Shown one piece after another: positions 19,100 through 30,300 of a DNA stretch of 64,000 nt. Under the pieces are notes generated by a model. It ran no database searches. It was not told the DNA's origin and saw only the letters and a program-made list of their open reading frames with translations. The stretch covers positions 15,929 to 79,928 of the forward strand of contig CANRIX010000004.1 in the NCBI GenBank assembly GCA_947630765.1, given 5' to 3'. This stretch comes from an uncultured Clostridia bacterium (lineage in GTDB: Bacteria; Bacillota; Clostridia; Oscillospirales; CAG-382). The position numbers and the translations under genes are program-made. Every line of letters starts with the position of its first letter. Position 1 is the first letter of the stretch.

Positions 19100-21285
19100 C
19101 AGAGGTGCAGCACCCGTTCGCGGATCTCCTGCGTCCGCCCCTGGTTCCAGAACTGTGAGCCGATGTAGCCGCAGGTCCGACGGGCGACGTTCATCTTCGA
19201 CTGGTCGCGGTTATGGCAGTTCGGGCATTCCCAGACCAGCTTGCCGTCGTCCTCGACGATCTGGATCTCCCCGTCGTAGCCGCAGACCTGGCAGTAGTCG
19301 CTCTTGGTGTTGAGTTCGGCGTACATGATGTGGTCATAGATGAACTGAATGACCTGCAGCACCGCGTCGAGGTTGTCCTGCATGTTCGGCACCTCGACGT
19401 AGCTGATCGCACCGCCGGGGGAGAGCTTCTGGAAGCGGGCTTCGCGCTCGAGCTTCTCAAACGCGTCGATCTCCTGCGTGACGTGGATATGGTAGGAGTT
19501 GGTGATATAGTTCCGATCGGTCACGCCGGGGATCTTGCCGAACCGCTTTTGCAGGCATTTCGCGAACTTATACGTCGTGGATTCCAGCGGCGTGCCGTAG
19601 AGCGAATAGTGGATATTCTCCGCCTTGCGCCATTCCATGCACGCGTCGTTGAGCTTCTGCATGATCTGCAGACCGAGTTCTTCGCCCTCCGGGTCGGTCA
19701 GCTTCTTGCCGGTCAGCTCGTACACGCATTCCCAAAGCCCCGCGTAGCCGAGCGAGATGGTCGAATACCCGCCGTGCAGCAGCTTCGTGATCGGTTCACC
19801 CTTCTTCAGACGCGCCAGCGCCCCGTACTGCCACAGGATCGGCGCCGCGTCGGACAGCGTGCCTTCCAGCCGCTCGTGACGGCATTGCAGCGCCCGGTGG
19901 CAGAGGTCCAGCCGCTCGTCGAGGATCTGCCAGAACTTTTCGAGGTCCTTCCCGTCCCGGCAGGCGGAGCAGGCGACGTCCACCAGGTTCAGCGTCACGA
20001 CGCCCTGATTGAACCGCCCGTAGTACTTCGGTTTCTTGGTTTCGGGGTCGACATAGGGCGTCAGGAAGCTGCGGCAGCCCATGCAGGTGTAGCAGTTGCC
20101 GTCGCCGTTGTCGTCAATCTTCAGCTGCAGCATGATCTTTTCGGAGATGTAGTCCGGCACCATGCGCTTGGCCGTGCATTTCGCGGCGAGCTTGGTCAGG
20201 TACCAGTACGGCGTGCCTTCGCGGATGTTATCCTCCTCCAGCACGTAGATCAGCTTCGGGAACGCGGGCGTGATGTACACCCCAGATTCGTTCTTGACGC
20301 CTTGGATGCGCTGCGTGAGGACCTCTTCGATGATCAGGGAAAGGTCGTGCTTGAGCTGCGGTTCCTTCGCTTCGTTGAGGTACATAAACACGGTCACGAA
20401 CGGAGCCTGTCCGTTGGTGGTCAGCAGGGTCACGACCTGATACTGGATGGTCTGCACGCCGCGGCGGATCTCCTCAAGCAGGCGGTTTTCGACGATCGTG
20501 TGCAGCTTCTCTTCGGTCGGCTCGATGCCGAGCACCTCCATCTCCGAAAGCACTTCCTTGCGGATCTTCCCGCGGGAAATGTCCACGAATGGGGCGAGGT
20601 GGGTCAGACTGATGCTCTGCCCGCCGTACTGGTTGGACGCGACCTGCGCGATGATCTGCGTGGCGATGTTGCAGGCGGTCGAGAAGCTGTGCGGTTTTTC
20701 GATCATCGTCCCGGAGATGACCGTCCCGTTTTGGAGCATGTCCTCGAGGTTGACGAGGTCGCAGTTGTGCATATGCTGTGCGTAGTAGTCCGCGTCGTGG
20801 AAATGGATGATGCCCGCGTCGTGCGCTTCCACGACGTCCTGCGGCAGCAGGATCCGCCGGGTCAGGTCCTTGCTGACCTCGCCCGCCATGTAGTCGCGTT
20901 GTACGCTGTTGACCGTCGGGTTCTTGTTGGAGTTCTCCTCGTAGACCTCCTCGTTATTGCATTCGATGAGGGAGAGGATCTGGTCGTCCGTCGTGTTCGC
21001 GACGCGGGCGAGTCCACGGGTGAAGCGGTAGCGGATGTACCGTTTCGCGGTCTCCGGCGCACCCTGCAGAATGATGTGCGTTTCGACCAGTTCCTGAATT
21101 TCTTCGACGGAGAGGGCACGCCCCGCGTCGCGGCAGCTGTCCTCGATGACAAGGGAAATGTAGTCGATCTGCCGTTCGGTCAGTTCCTTCGGACCTTCGG
21201 TCGCATTGTTCGCCTTGCGGATGGCGTTCTTGATCTTGGTCCGGTCGAAGCGCTCCTCCGACCCGTTTCGCTTGATGATACGCAT
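19099..21285 (-). CDS. nrdD: Anaerobic ribonucleoside-triphosphate reductase (class III) with ATP-cone
   Basis: N-terminal IIKRNG ATP cone, MGCRSFL, RRTCGYIG glycyl radical motif. Confidence 0.97.
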   Translation of the reverse strand: MRIIKRNGSEERFDRTKIKNAIRKANNATEGPKELTERQIDYISLVIEDSCRDAGRALSVEEIQELVETHIILQGAPETAKRYIRYRFTRGLARVANTTDDQILSLIECNNEEVYEENSNKNPTVNSVQRDYMAGEVSKDLTRRILLPQDVVEAHDAGIIHFHDADYYAQHMHNCDLVNLEDMLQNGTVISGTMIEKPHSFSTACNIATQIIAQVASNQYGGQSISLTHLAPFVDISRGKIRKEVLSEMEVLGIEPTEEKLHTIVENRLLEEIRRGVQTIQYQVVTLLTTNGQAPFVTVFMYLNEAKEPQLKHDLSLIIEEVLTQRIQGVKNESGVYITPAFPKLIYVLEEDNIREGTPYWYLTKLAAKCTAKRMVPDYISEKIMLQLKIDDNGDGNCYTCMGCRSFLTPYVDPETKKPKYYGRFNQGVVTLNLVDVACSACRDGKDLEKFWQILDERLDLCHRALQCRHERLEGTLSDAAPILWQYGALARLKKGEPITKLLHGGYSTISLGYAGLWECVYELTGKKLTDPEGEELGLQIMQKLNDACMEWRKAENIHYSLYGTPLESTTYKFAKCLQKRFGKIPGVTDRNYITNSYHIHVTQEIDAFEKLEREARFQKLSPGGAISYVEVPNMQDNLDAVLQVIQFIYDHIMYAELNTKSDYCQVCGYDGEIQIVEDDGKLVWECPNCHNRDQSKMNVARRTCGYIGSQFWNQGRTQEIRERVLHL

Positions 21286-21379
21286 GATTTTTGCCCCTCT
21301 CTGCTTAAGAAAGCGTCGTTTATTTTGTATTTTCCCCGGCGACCCGCGGAATATGTGCTTCCGCTGAAGAAGGAAGATG

Positions 21380-21427
21380 TATCTATATTTGGGGTCGCTC
21401 GGAAAGCTCGAACACTAAATATTGTGC
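21380..21427. promoter_or_regulatory. Tandem NrdR boxes
   Basis: TATCTATATTTGGGGT (21380) and ACACTAAATATTGTGC (21412), 32 bp apart; match acaCwAtATaTwGtgt upstream of nrdD. Confidence 0.8.
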
Positions 21428-21550
21428 TTTGCGGATATACTATACCACGATTGCGTCCCGCTGTCAAGGAGCGATTTACACAAATAATCACAAGAAAACT
21501 TATGCACATTGCCAGCAGACAAAAAAATCAAAAAATTTGGGAAAACCCAC

Positions 21551-21579
21551 TTGACAAACGCGTGAAAATATGGTATAGT
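21551..21579 (+). promoter_or_regulatory. Sigma-A promoter of tRNA-Leu
   Basis: TTGACA-17-TATAGT with extended TG. Confidence 0.75.
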
Positions 21580-21630
21580 ATCAAACGTGCTGCGGGACGT
21601 TGCAAATGTGACGCTTCGCGGGCGGAATAT

Positions 21631-21717
21631 GCGGGTGTGGCGGAATTGGCAGACGCGCTAGATTCAGGTTCTAGTGGGGGCGACTTCGTGAAGGTTCAAG
21701 TCCTTTCACCCGCACCA
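21631..21717 (+). tRNA. tRNA-Leu(CAG)
   Basis: GCGGGTGTGGCGGAATTGGCAGACGC...TTCAGGT...long variable arm...GGTTCAAGTCC...CGCACCA. Confidence 0.97.
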
Positions 21718-21718
21718 T

Positions 21719-21768
21719 ATCGAGTGTTCATAAGGGATTTTACTTTATGAACGCTCGATTTCTTTTTA
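21719..21768 (+). terminator. Long inverted repeat/terminator after tRNA-Leu
   Basis: ATCGAGTGTTCATAA...TTATGAACGCTCGAT then a T tract. Confidence 0.7.
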
Positions 21769-21970
21769 CCTATGTATGAGCTGTATGAGCAGGCAGGTGC
21801 CTGCTCTTTGTTTATGCCGTCTGCCGGTCGGTCAAATACTAAAGTTTTATCTCGGTGGTTATTTCTTCTATTTGCGACTTCATTTTTTCAATGCGCGAGC
21901 TTTGATTATTTCCAAAAAAAGGGGAGACGTCCCGCAAAAGGGCGTCTCCCGCTTGAAACAGAAATCGTGA

Positions 21971-23479
21971 CTATTCCATCGACTCGAAGTTGACGATGCA
22001 TTCTTCCATCGCCGTTTCCGCCGGGGAAAGCAGGCTTTCAAACCGGGAAGCGTAATCGGGGTCGATCGTGTAGTACGCCGACATCAGATTGCCCCAGTTG
22101 TAAGCAGGACCGAGGTCGAAGGAACGGGTGGAGAAGATCAGGTCGAGCATCTCGGCGGATTCGTCGTCGCGCACGTCGCGGTATTTCAATTGCTTGTCGT
22201 AGAACGCCGGGGTGACGAGCTGTTGCGACTTCATCGCGAGCGCCTCGATGACCGTGCCGACTTCCTCGATATCCGGCAGGTTGAGCGGAATGGCAAGATA
22301 GGAGGAGTTGTTGACGGAAACCGTATGGTAGTAGGAATCCTGGTCGGCAAAGGTCTTCGGGATCGGCAGGACGCCGATCTTATCTTCCATGTCACGGAAG
22401 GCGGCGAGATGGATCATGCCGCACATATAGAATAGCTCGCGTCCTTCCATGAAGGCCTTATAGACGGTTTCGTCCCACGGGTTGGAGTACTGCGAATACT
22501 TTCCGCCGTCCGCGACCATGACCTCATCCGAGGTGTAGAAGTCGATGATCTTATCGAGCGCCGCATACAGCTGCGTCGGATGTTCTTTAACCGAGATGAT
22601 CGGCAGGTCCTCGTCGTCCTTTTCGATGACGTGCAGTCCGCCGCCGAGCACTTCCACGAACACGTTATACGTTTCCGTGCCAAACGCCCACTGGTCGTGC
22701 TCGTCGATGGTCCCGTCCCCGTTGAGGTCGCGGGTGACGCCTTGGCAGAGCTCGATCAGGTGGTCAAGCGTCCAATCGCCGTCGCGGGCGGTCTGGAAGA
22801 AATCCTCGGTGATGCCGAGGCGGTCCTTGAGCGAGCTGTTGAACAGGACGCACCAGGTTCCGAGGTCATCGTAGGTATTGATGTCGCCGTTGACGTAGAA
22901 CAGCTTGTTGCCGATGGAAAGCTGCTTGACTGCGTTCTGATCCCACCAAGAGTTTTCAAGATGAATGCTTTCAATGGTGTTGAGGTCGGTCAAAAGCCCG
23001 TTCTTTGCCATGTTCGAGAGGAAGCCGGAGCCTTGGAACACGACGTCGTAATCGTACGTTCCGGTCGTGACCATTTCCCGCACTTTATTCGCGATGACAT
23101 CGTTGGACGGGTCGCCGCCGTCGATGACCCCGGTGATCTCGCAGTTGTAGCGGTCGGACACGTCGTCGATGACCGCTTTCTTCTGCACGTCGATCTCGGA
23201 AGCATTCTCTTCCGTGCTGTAGATGATCTCGCCGGTGTAGCCGACGATGGAATTGCCGCCGTATCCCCAGTGCCAGCAAAGGACGTTGATGGTGCGTCCG
23301 CCGAGGTCGATGACTTCCGGCTGGATGTCGTTCGTACTCTCGGTCTGGGAAACGGACGGTGCTTGGGAAGCGCCGGAATTGCTCTCGGTGGGTTCCGCTT
23401 CCTCACAGGCGCACAGCGGCAGAAGCGCGAGCGCGAACGCGAGCAGCAGCGAGAGCAGACGGGGTAGCGATTGTTTCAT
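21971..23479 (-). CDS. Extracellular solute-binding lipoprotein (paralog 2)
   Basis: Lipobox LCAC; SBP family-1-like motifs (WWDQ, GVLPIPK, RDDESAEMLD). Confidence 0.85.
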   Translation of the reverse strand: MKQSLPRLLSLLLAFALALLPLCACEEAEPTESNSGASQAPSVSQTESTNDIQPEVIDLGGRTINVLCWHWGYGGNSIVGYTGEIIYSTEENASEIDVQKKAVIDDVSDRYNCEITGVIDGGDPSNDVIANKVREMVTTGTYDYDVVFQGSGFLSNMAKNGLLTDLNTIESIHLENSWWDQNAVKQLSIGNKLFYVNGDINTYDDLGTWCVLFNSSLKDRLGITEDFFQTARDGDWTLDHLIELCQGVTRDLNGDGTIDEHDQWAFGTETYNVFVEVLGGGLHVIEKDDEDLPIISVKEHPTQLYAALDKIIDFYTSDEVMVADGGKYSQYSNPWDETVYKAFMEGRELFYMCGMIHLAAFRDMEDKIGVLPIPKTFADQDSYYHTVSVNNSSYLAIPLNLPDIEEVGTVIEALAMKSQQLVTPAFYDKQLKYRDVRDDESAEMLDLIFSTRSFDLGPAYNWGNLMSAYYTIDPDYASRFESLLSPAETAMEECIVNFESME

Positions 23480-23532
23480 GAATGGTTCTCCTTACTTTAT
23501 GAACAATTTCATTATTGATCTTCCAAAATGGT

Positions 23533-25044
23533 TTATTGAATGGCCTGAATGCTTTCGACGCAATCCTCCATCGCCGATTCCGCCGCAGGGATCAGGCTTT
23601 CAAATCGGGAAGCGTAGTCGGTGTCGAGCGTATAGTACGCCGACATCAGGTTGCCCCAGTTGTAGGCGGGTCCGAGGTCGAAGGAACGGGTGGCAAACAT
23701 CAGGTCGAGCATCTCGGCGGATTCGTCGTCGCGCACATCGCGGTATTTCAATTGCTTATCATAGAACGCAGGCGTGACGAGCTGCTGCGATTTCATCGCG
23801 AGCGCTTCGATGACCGCGCCGAGCTCCTCGACGTTTGGCAGGTTGCGCGGAATGGCGAGATAGGAGGAGTTATCCATGGAAACCGTGTGGTAATAGGTAT
23901 CCTGGTCGGCGAAGGTCTTCGGGATCGGCAGGACGCCGATGTCGTCCTCCATGTCGCGGAAGGCGGCGAGGTTGATCAGTCCACACATATAGAACAGCTC
24001 GCGTCCTTCCTTGAACGCCTTGTTGACCGTCGCTTCCCACGGATTGGGGTATTGCGAATACTTTCCGCCGTTGGCGACCATCACTTCGTCCGAATTGTAG
24101 AAACCGATGATCTTGTCGAGCGCCGCATACAGCTGATCCGGGTGTTCCTTGACCGAAATGTACGGCAGGTCGTCGGCGTCCTTGTCGATGACGTGCAGTC
24201 CGCCGCCGAGCACCTCAACGAACACGTTATACGTTTCCGTGCCGAACGCCCACTGGTCGAATTCGTCGACGGTTCCGTCGCCGTTGGCGTCGCCGGTGAC
24301 GCCTTTGCACAGTTCGATCAGGTGGTCGAGCGTCCAGTCGCCGTCGCGGGCGGTCTGATAGAAATCCTCGTCAATGCCGAGGCGTTCCTTGAGCGATTTG
24401 TTGAACAGGACGCACCAGGTCCCGAGGTCGTCGTAGGTGTTGATGTCGCCGTTGACGTAGAACAGCTTTCCGCCGATCGAAAGCTGCTCGACCGCGTTCT
24501 GGTCCCACCAGGAATTGCTCAGGCAAAGGCTTTCGACGGTATTGAGATCGGTCAGATAGCTGTTTTGCGCCATCTTCGAGAGGGTGCTGGATTTGTCGAA
24601 GATGATGTCGTAGTCAAACGTGCCGGAGGTGACCATGTTCTGGACCTTCTGCGAGAGGGTATCGTTCGCCGGGTCGCCGCCGTCGAGGATCCCGTTGATC
24701 TCGCAGTGATAGCGGGCGGATATGTCGTCGACGACCGCTTTCTTCTGCACGTCGATCTCGGTGGCATTCTCCTCCGTGCTGTAGATGACTTCACCGGTGA
24801 AGCCGACGATGGAGTCGCCGCCGTATCCCCAGTGCCGGCAGAGGATATTGATGGTCCGACCGCCGAGGTCGATGACCTCCGGCTGGACGTCGTTGGGGTT
24901 CCCCGTTTGGGAAACGGACGCGGAAACGTCAGATTCGGCAGCCGAGGAATCGGATGCGGAGCCGTCGCCGTCTTCGCAGGCGCAGCACAGCGGAAGCGTG
25001 AGCGCGAGCAGCAGCAGGAGCAGGCGGGAAAGCGGATGTTTCAT
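23533..25044 (-). CDS. Extracellular solute-binding lipoprotein (paralog 1)
   Basis: Lipobox CCAC; long identical stretches with 21971-23479. Confidence 0.85.
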   Translation of the reverse strand: MKHPLSRLLLLLLALTLPLCCACEDGDGSASDSSAAESDVSASVSQTGNPNDVQPEVIDLGGRTINILCRHWGYGGDSIVGFTGEVIYSTEENATEIDVQKKAVVDDISARYHCEINGILDGGDPANDTLSQKVQNMVTSGTFDYDIIFDKSSTLSKMAQNSYLTDLNTVESLCLSNSWWDQNAVEQLSIGGKLFYVNGDINTYDDLGTWCVLFNKSLKERLGIDEDFYQTARDGDWTLDHLIELCKGVTGDANGDGTVDEFDQWAFGTETYNVFVEVLGGGLHVIDKDADDLPYISVKEHPDQLYAALDKIIGFYNSDEVMVANGGKYSQYPNPWEATVNKAFKEGRELFYMCGLINLAAFRDMEDDIGVLPIPKTFADQDTYYHTVSMDNSSYLAIPRNLPNVEELGAVIEALAMKSQQLVTPAFYDKQLKYRDVRDDESAEMLDLMFATRSFDLGPAYNWGNLMSAYYTLDTDYASRFESLIPAAESAMEDCVESIQAIQ

Positions 25045-25190
25045 GGATCGGTTCTCCTTAATATAGCGTGCATAGGGACAATACCACAGCTTATTGCTGA
25101 AATTATAACACACTTTTTCGGATTTGTCAAGCAATTCCTGCAAAACTGTAAAACCGTCCCGAACCGGCGGGAGAAACCCGGAAAAAGGGA

Positions 25191-25219
25191 TTGACAAACC
25201 TGAAAAAAGGGTGTATAAT
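25191..25219 (+). promoter_or_regulatory. Sigma-A promoter
   Basis: Perfect TTGACA-17-TATAAT. Confidence 0.8.
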
Positions 25220-25279
25220 GCAGACTGTAGTTTTTTAGCTTACGGGACACGTCTCAACGAAAGGAACAGGTGAAACCGT

Positions 25280-26266
25280 TTGGCTGCATCATTTCGGAAT
25301 TTTCTGATCACATTTTTGCTTGCGTCCCTGCTGTTCGGCGGGCTGGCGTACGCGTACTACGACGATCTGGAGGGAATGCTCCCGGATACGAACAGCGAAG
25401 GAACGTCGGAGCCGATCGTTTCGGATACGTCGGACTTCAGCGTTTCGACGGACAGCGATTCGACGAACAGCGGCGGGATTTTTCTCCCGTCCGGCCCGGA
25501 CGAGGACCTCGGGGCTATCAATGGGTTGGTCGTGAAGAAGGGGCGGGACGGAAAAGTACTTTCCGCCAAGTTCCTACGCATCAATTCCGCCACCAAGAAG
25601 GTCGTGACCTGCGATCTGTCCCTCTCGGCGGTTCTGTATAACCGGGTCGGCTCGCTCGTCCCGCTCGGGGATTATCTGCGGATCTATTCGATCGAGCAGG
25701 CGGCGCAGGCGGTCTGTTCGCTGACGGGCTTCCCGGCGGACTTCTATCTGGTCATCACGCCGAATTCCGTCGAGTCGCTCGCGTCGGGTCTCGGGAGCGT
25801 CTCCCTCCCGCTTCGGCAGGCAATCCGCTACGTCAACCCGATCTATAACGGCAGGGTCTTTTCGGACGGCGAGCTGCTTCCGTTGGATTACTATATCGAG
25901 ATCCCTTCCGGCACCAATCTGTTCTCCGAGGGCACGCTTTCGCAGATTTTCGGCGACTACGCCAAAGCGTATGCGTCCGCCGGCGGCACCGATTCCGTGC
26001 AGGGACCGTCCCCGGACGACGTGCTGCAGGAGGTGTACACCTATCTGCTCGGCCTGCTGAGCGGGGACCGCAAGGCGGAACTGCGGGCGGACCACGAAAA
26101 ATTGGCGTCCGCGCTTTCCGGGTCGGAAACCAACATCGACACGACCTTCCTCGCCGAACATGGCGAATTGCTGTTCCATTATGGTGACGAGGGGTATGTG
26201 GAGGTCGTCGTCCCGTACACCACCCGCGACAAGACCCTCCATTCCATTAAGCAGGAGACTGCCTGA
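25280..26266 (+). CDS. Membrane-anchored protein, possibly divergent LCP (LytR-CpsA-Psr)-like
   Basis: N-terminal TM; LTGFPADFYLVI resembles the LCP core; TTG start. Confidence 0.55.
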   Translation: MAASFRNFLITFLLASLLFGGLAYAYYDDLEGMLPDTNSEGTSEPIVSDTSDFSVSTDSDSTNSGGIFLPSGPDEDLGAINGLVVKKGRDGKVLSAKFLRINSATKKVVTCDLSLSAVLYNRVGSLVPLGDYLRIYSIEQAAQAVCSLTGFPADFYLVITPNSVESLASGLGSVSLPLRQAIRYVNPIYNGRVFSDGELLPLDYYIEIPSGTNLFSEGTLSQIFGDYAKAYASAGGTDSVQGPSPDDVLQEVYTYLLGLLSGDRKAELRADHEKLASALSGSETNIDTTFLAEHGELLFHYGDEGYVEVVVPYTTRDKTLHSIKQETA

Positions 26267-26369
26267 CGCGGGAAAGTGCGAAAAAAAGACGAAAAAATCT
26301 AAAATTCCTATTGAAAAATCCGTTCGATTGTGTTATGATAAAGGAAACTATACATGGAGGTACGGAAAA

Positions 26370-26543
26370 ATGGCATATTCGATCGACAAGGATTCCTGCA
26401 TCGGCTGCGGCGCCTGCGCTGCGGAATGCCCGGTGGACGCGATTTCCTGCGGTGAGGACGGCAAGTACGAGATCGACCCGGACACCTGTCTGGAATGCGG
26501 CGCTTGCGCCGGGACCTGCCCTGTCGGCGCACCGAAGGAATAA
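26370..26543 (+). CDS. Clostridial-type 2[4Fe-4S] ferredoxin
   Basis: Two CxxCxxCxxxCP motifs, 57 aa, GGAGG RBS, own TTGAAA-17-TATGAT promoter. Confidence 0.96.
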   Translation: MAYSIDKDSCIGCGACAAECPVDAISCGEDGKYEIDPDTCLECGACAGTCPVGAPKE

Positions 26544-26660
26544 GGCGCCGGTCGTTAGGCTTTCTGTGAACGGAGATGCGCTCCATGGTCGTCTTCCACG
26601 GAGCGCATTTTCTGTCAGAATTGTCTTTCAAGATATTTTTCAGAGAGGACGTCCGTCGGT

Positions 26661-27398
26661 TTGGAAGGCGAAAGGCTGGAAACGGGGATCAACGGCGGTC
26701 TGGTGCTGTCGGAATATCGGTCGGGGATCCGCTTCGGGACGGACGCGCTATTGCTCGCGTCGTTTGCGCAGGAGCGCGTGAAGCGCGGGGTCTGCGCGGA
26801 CTTTGGGACCGGCAGCGGAGTGCTGCCGCTCCTGCTGCTCGCGGGCGGGAGCCGGGCGAGGTTCCTTGCGGTAGAGCTGCAGGAGCGTTATGCCTCGCTT
26901 GCGCGGGAGAACGTCGAACGCAACGGGTTTGCCGATTCCGTCGAGGTGCTGTGCGGGGACCTGCGGGCGTATCGGACGCTGCTTCCCGCCGGGGGCGCGG
27001 ACAGCGTCGTCTGCAATCCGCCGTATCTGCCGGCGGACTGCGGGCGGAAGAACCAGGCGGCGGAAAAGCGCATCGCGTGGCACGAGGACTGCCTGCCGGT
27101 GGAAGCGCTTGCGGGCGCCGCTTCGTGGGTCCTGCGCCCGGGCGGTATCTTCCTTTGCGTCTATCTGCCGTCCCGCTTGACGTCGCTGCTCTGTGCGCTG
27201 CGGGAAAATCGGCTGGAGCCGAAACGACTGCGCTGGGTGGTCCCGTCGCCGGGGGAGGCGCCGTCTTTGCTGCTTTTGGAAGCGAAAAAGGACGCCCGTG
27301 AGGGGATGCGGGTGCTTCCGTCGCTTTATCTGTACCGGGACGGGACGCACGCGGAAAAGAGCGCGGAATTGGAAAGGATCTCCGCGTTGAAAGGTTGA
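26661..27398 (+). CDS. SAM-dependent methyltransferase, tRNA1(Val) m6A37 (YabB/TrmN6)-like
   Basis: FGTDALLLASF, DFGTGSG, NPPY. Confidence 0.88.
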   Translation: MEGERLETGINGGLVLSEYRSGIRFGTDALLLASFAQERVKRGVCADFGTGSGVLPLLLLAGGSRARFLAVELQERYASLARENVERNGFADSVEVLCGDLRAYRTLLPAGGADSVVCNPPYLPADCGRKNQAAEKRIAWHEDCLPVEALAGAASWVLRPGGIFLCVYLPSRLTSLLCALRENRLEPKRLRWVVPSPGEAPSLLLLEAKKDAREGMRVLPSLYLYRDGTHAEKSAELERISALKG

Positions 27399-30300
27399 AG
27401 GAGAGGGGGAAAACGGATTTGAGCGGGCACGCGGGGGCGAAAGCCGGCGTACGTTCGGTTTTGCTGCTTTTGGTCCTTGCATTGCTGCTTCCGGCTGCGT
27501 ATTTCGTCCTGCCGGAGGGGGATCTCGCACGCCCCGGCGCGTTTGCCGAGGAGGATTCCCGGCGCGAACGGGCGCTCTCCGCCGCGATGGAGCAGTCGAC
27601 GGGGGAGGAGCCGTCGCGCCTTTCTTCGTCCGGGACCGCTTCCCCCGAAGGCGGAGAGGGCGTGCGCTGCATCGTCCGCTTTTCCGAAACGCTCTCCGAA
27701 GAGGAGCTGTCGGCGCTGCTGGACGGGGTAAACGCCCGCCCGCTCGCGCAGTCCTCCGAGCGGCTCTTTCAGGTATTCCTGCCCGACCCGGACGCATTTG
27801 AGGCGCAGTACGGGGACGCCCTGCTCTACCTTTCGGAGGATCGCCTGCTCGCGTCGTCCGAGCTCCCGACCGACCCGAAGCTGGCGGAGCGGACGGAGTA
27901 CGCCCAACTCAATCTGTTTTCCGCGTGGGAAAGGGTCACGCCTTCCTCGGACGTCCTCGTCGCCGTGCTGGACACCGGCGTCGACCGCGCCCACGAGGAG
28001 CTTTCCGGCGCACAGATCCTGAGCGGGTACGACGTCCTGCAGGGCTCCGCCGGGGTATCCGCCGACCGGGACGGACACGGTACTTCTGTGATCGGGCTGA
28101 TTGCGGCGAGCGCGAACAACGGCGTCGGGTCCGCCGGCGTCGCGTACGGCGTGCGGATCCTGCCGATCCGCATCGCGGACAAGTCCAAGGCGATCTATTC
28201 GTCCGACCTCATCAGCGGGATCCGTTTCGCCGCGGACGCGGGTGCGCGGATCATCAATCTGTCGCTCGGCGGGTACGAGTATTCCGAGGCGGAATACGAT
28301 GCGGTGCGCTATGCGCTCGAACGCGGGTGCATCCTGATCGCGGCCGCCGGAAACGACGGCGAAAAGGAGCGTGCGGAGGACCCGGTCTACCCGGCGTCCT
28401 ATCCGGGCGTGATCGCGGTCGGCTCCTGCGGCGCGGACGGGGCGCTGTCCTCCTTCTCGCAGCGCAGCGACACGGTGGACCTGCTCGCGCCGGGCGAGAA
28501 CCTGTTGCTGCTCGCGGCGGACGGGGAGGGCGAAAACGCATACCGCTACGCGAACGGGACCAGCTATTCGGCCGCCCTCCTGTCCGGCGTGGCGGCGCTC
28601 GCGCTTTCGGCGCTGGACGACGGCGTCCGTATGAACGCGGAGGAGCTGGAAGTCCTGCTCGCGGACGGGCGGACGCGCCGCGTCGGCGTCGGGTACGGCC
28701 CGGTAGACGCTTTGCAGGCGGTCGAGGACGCGAATCTACCCATCGTCACCGGCGTGCAGGACGGCGCGACCTATACCGACCGCGTCACGGTTCATTTCAA
28801 TCGGGGAGAAGCGTTCCTGGACGGCGAGGAATTCTTCGACGGTGACATGGTATTCCGCAGCGGCGGGCATACGCTGGTCGTCGATTCCGGGGAATTCCGC
28901 CGGACGGTCTCGTTCCGCATCCTTTATACCCCCGCGTCCTACGAAATGAATGAAGGGGAGCATTCCGTTTCCTTCACCTACGCCGGCGGAGACGCGACGC
29001 TCGACGGATTCCCGTATGTTTCCGGCGAAACGATCACCGCTCCGGGTTGGCATCTGTTCCGCCTGACGGATCCGCTCGGCGGGACGACCGAGCACCCGTT
29101 CTACTGCGATTTCCGCGTCCCGACGGTGTCCGGCGTGACCAACGGCGGGGTGTACCGGCAGCCGGTGCGCATCCGCGTCGCCGGCTCGGGGAGCGCACTG
29201 CTCGACGGCGAGGAACTGCGGGGAGAAACCGTCGTTTCCGCCGACGGGGAGCATATTCTGACCCTGTCGAACGCCGGGACGACCCGCGTGATCCGCTTCA
29301 CGCTGGATACCGACGTGCGCCGCTTTGAAAACACGGTCGCCCGTTCCGGCGTGCTTTGCGACGCGGAGAACGGCTGGTACGCGGTCTACAGCGAAATGCT
29401 CATCGGATTGCGGGTATTCGACCTGGAAACCGGGGAATTCCTGCGTTTTTTGGACACGGAAACGGTTCGCGGAACGGCGCGGATCGGCGGACGGCTGCTT
29501 ATTTTCGGCGAATGGCAGTTGACGGTGCTGGACCCGACCCAAATGCGCACCGGCGGCGCGGTGCTCGCTTCCTACGAGATCCGCTGCGACGGATTCGCGA
29601 GCGTCGGCGGGGAAGTATACTGCCTTTCGGACGGGATCCTGTATCGCGTGCGCCCGGAAACCGGCGATTGGGCGTCCCCGGCGGGGAATTTCGTCCTTTC
29701 GCCGCTGCTTGAAGCGAATGCCGAGGAGCTGTACGCGGACGGCGACACGCTCTGGTTCTACAGCATCGGCGAGAATCGGTTCGACCGTTACGCGGACGGG
29801 GAGGTCACGTCGTTTGATCTGCCCTTCGAGGCCGCCGGAGAGCGCAAGCTGTTTGCGGACGGGCTGCTGTTCTGCGGCGGCTACGCGGCGCGGACGGAGG
29901 ACTTTATGCCGGTATTCACCTTTGAAGGGAATCCCCTTGCCGTTTTTGACGGACTGCTGTTCACGACGAAGGCGGTCTACCGCCTTGCGGACGGCGTGCT
30001 TGTGGGCGGCTACGCGGGGGATATTTCCTGCGTGACGCGGGAAGGCGAGGAAGTGTTCGTCTGCGGCGACGCGGGCGGGATCTCCCGCTACCCGACGGAA
30101 AATGGGTTCGGGTTCGCCCCGGCGGGCGGCACGCTGCTCGCAGAAACGGCGGAGAGCGATCGGTATACGCGGTTCTTCACCCTCTATGAGCAGGCGAACG
30201 CTGCGGATTCCGGGGCGGTCGGGAATCGTTTTGGGGCGGTCTTCTCGAAGGAGCGAAAGCTGCTGCTGTTCCGCAGTGGGGCGCTCGAGCGGGAGGTGGA

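Noticed and set aside
16256-21750. 970-aa and 845-aa + strand ORFs
   Set aside because: Antisense to rarA/phosphoesterase/nrdG/nrdD; no recognisable domains or RBS
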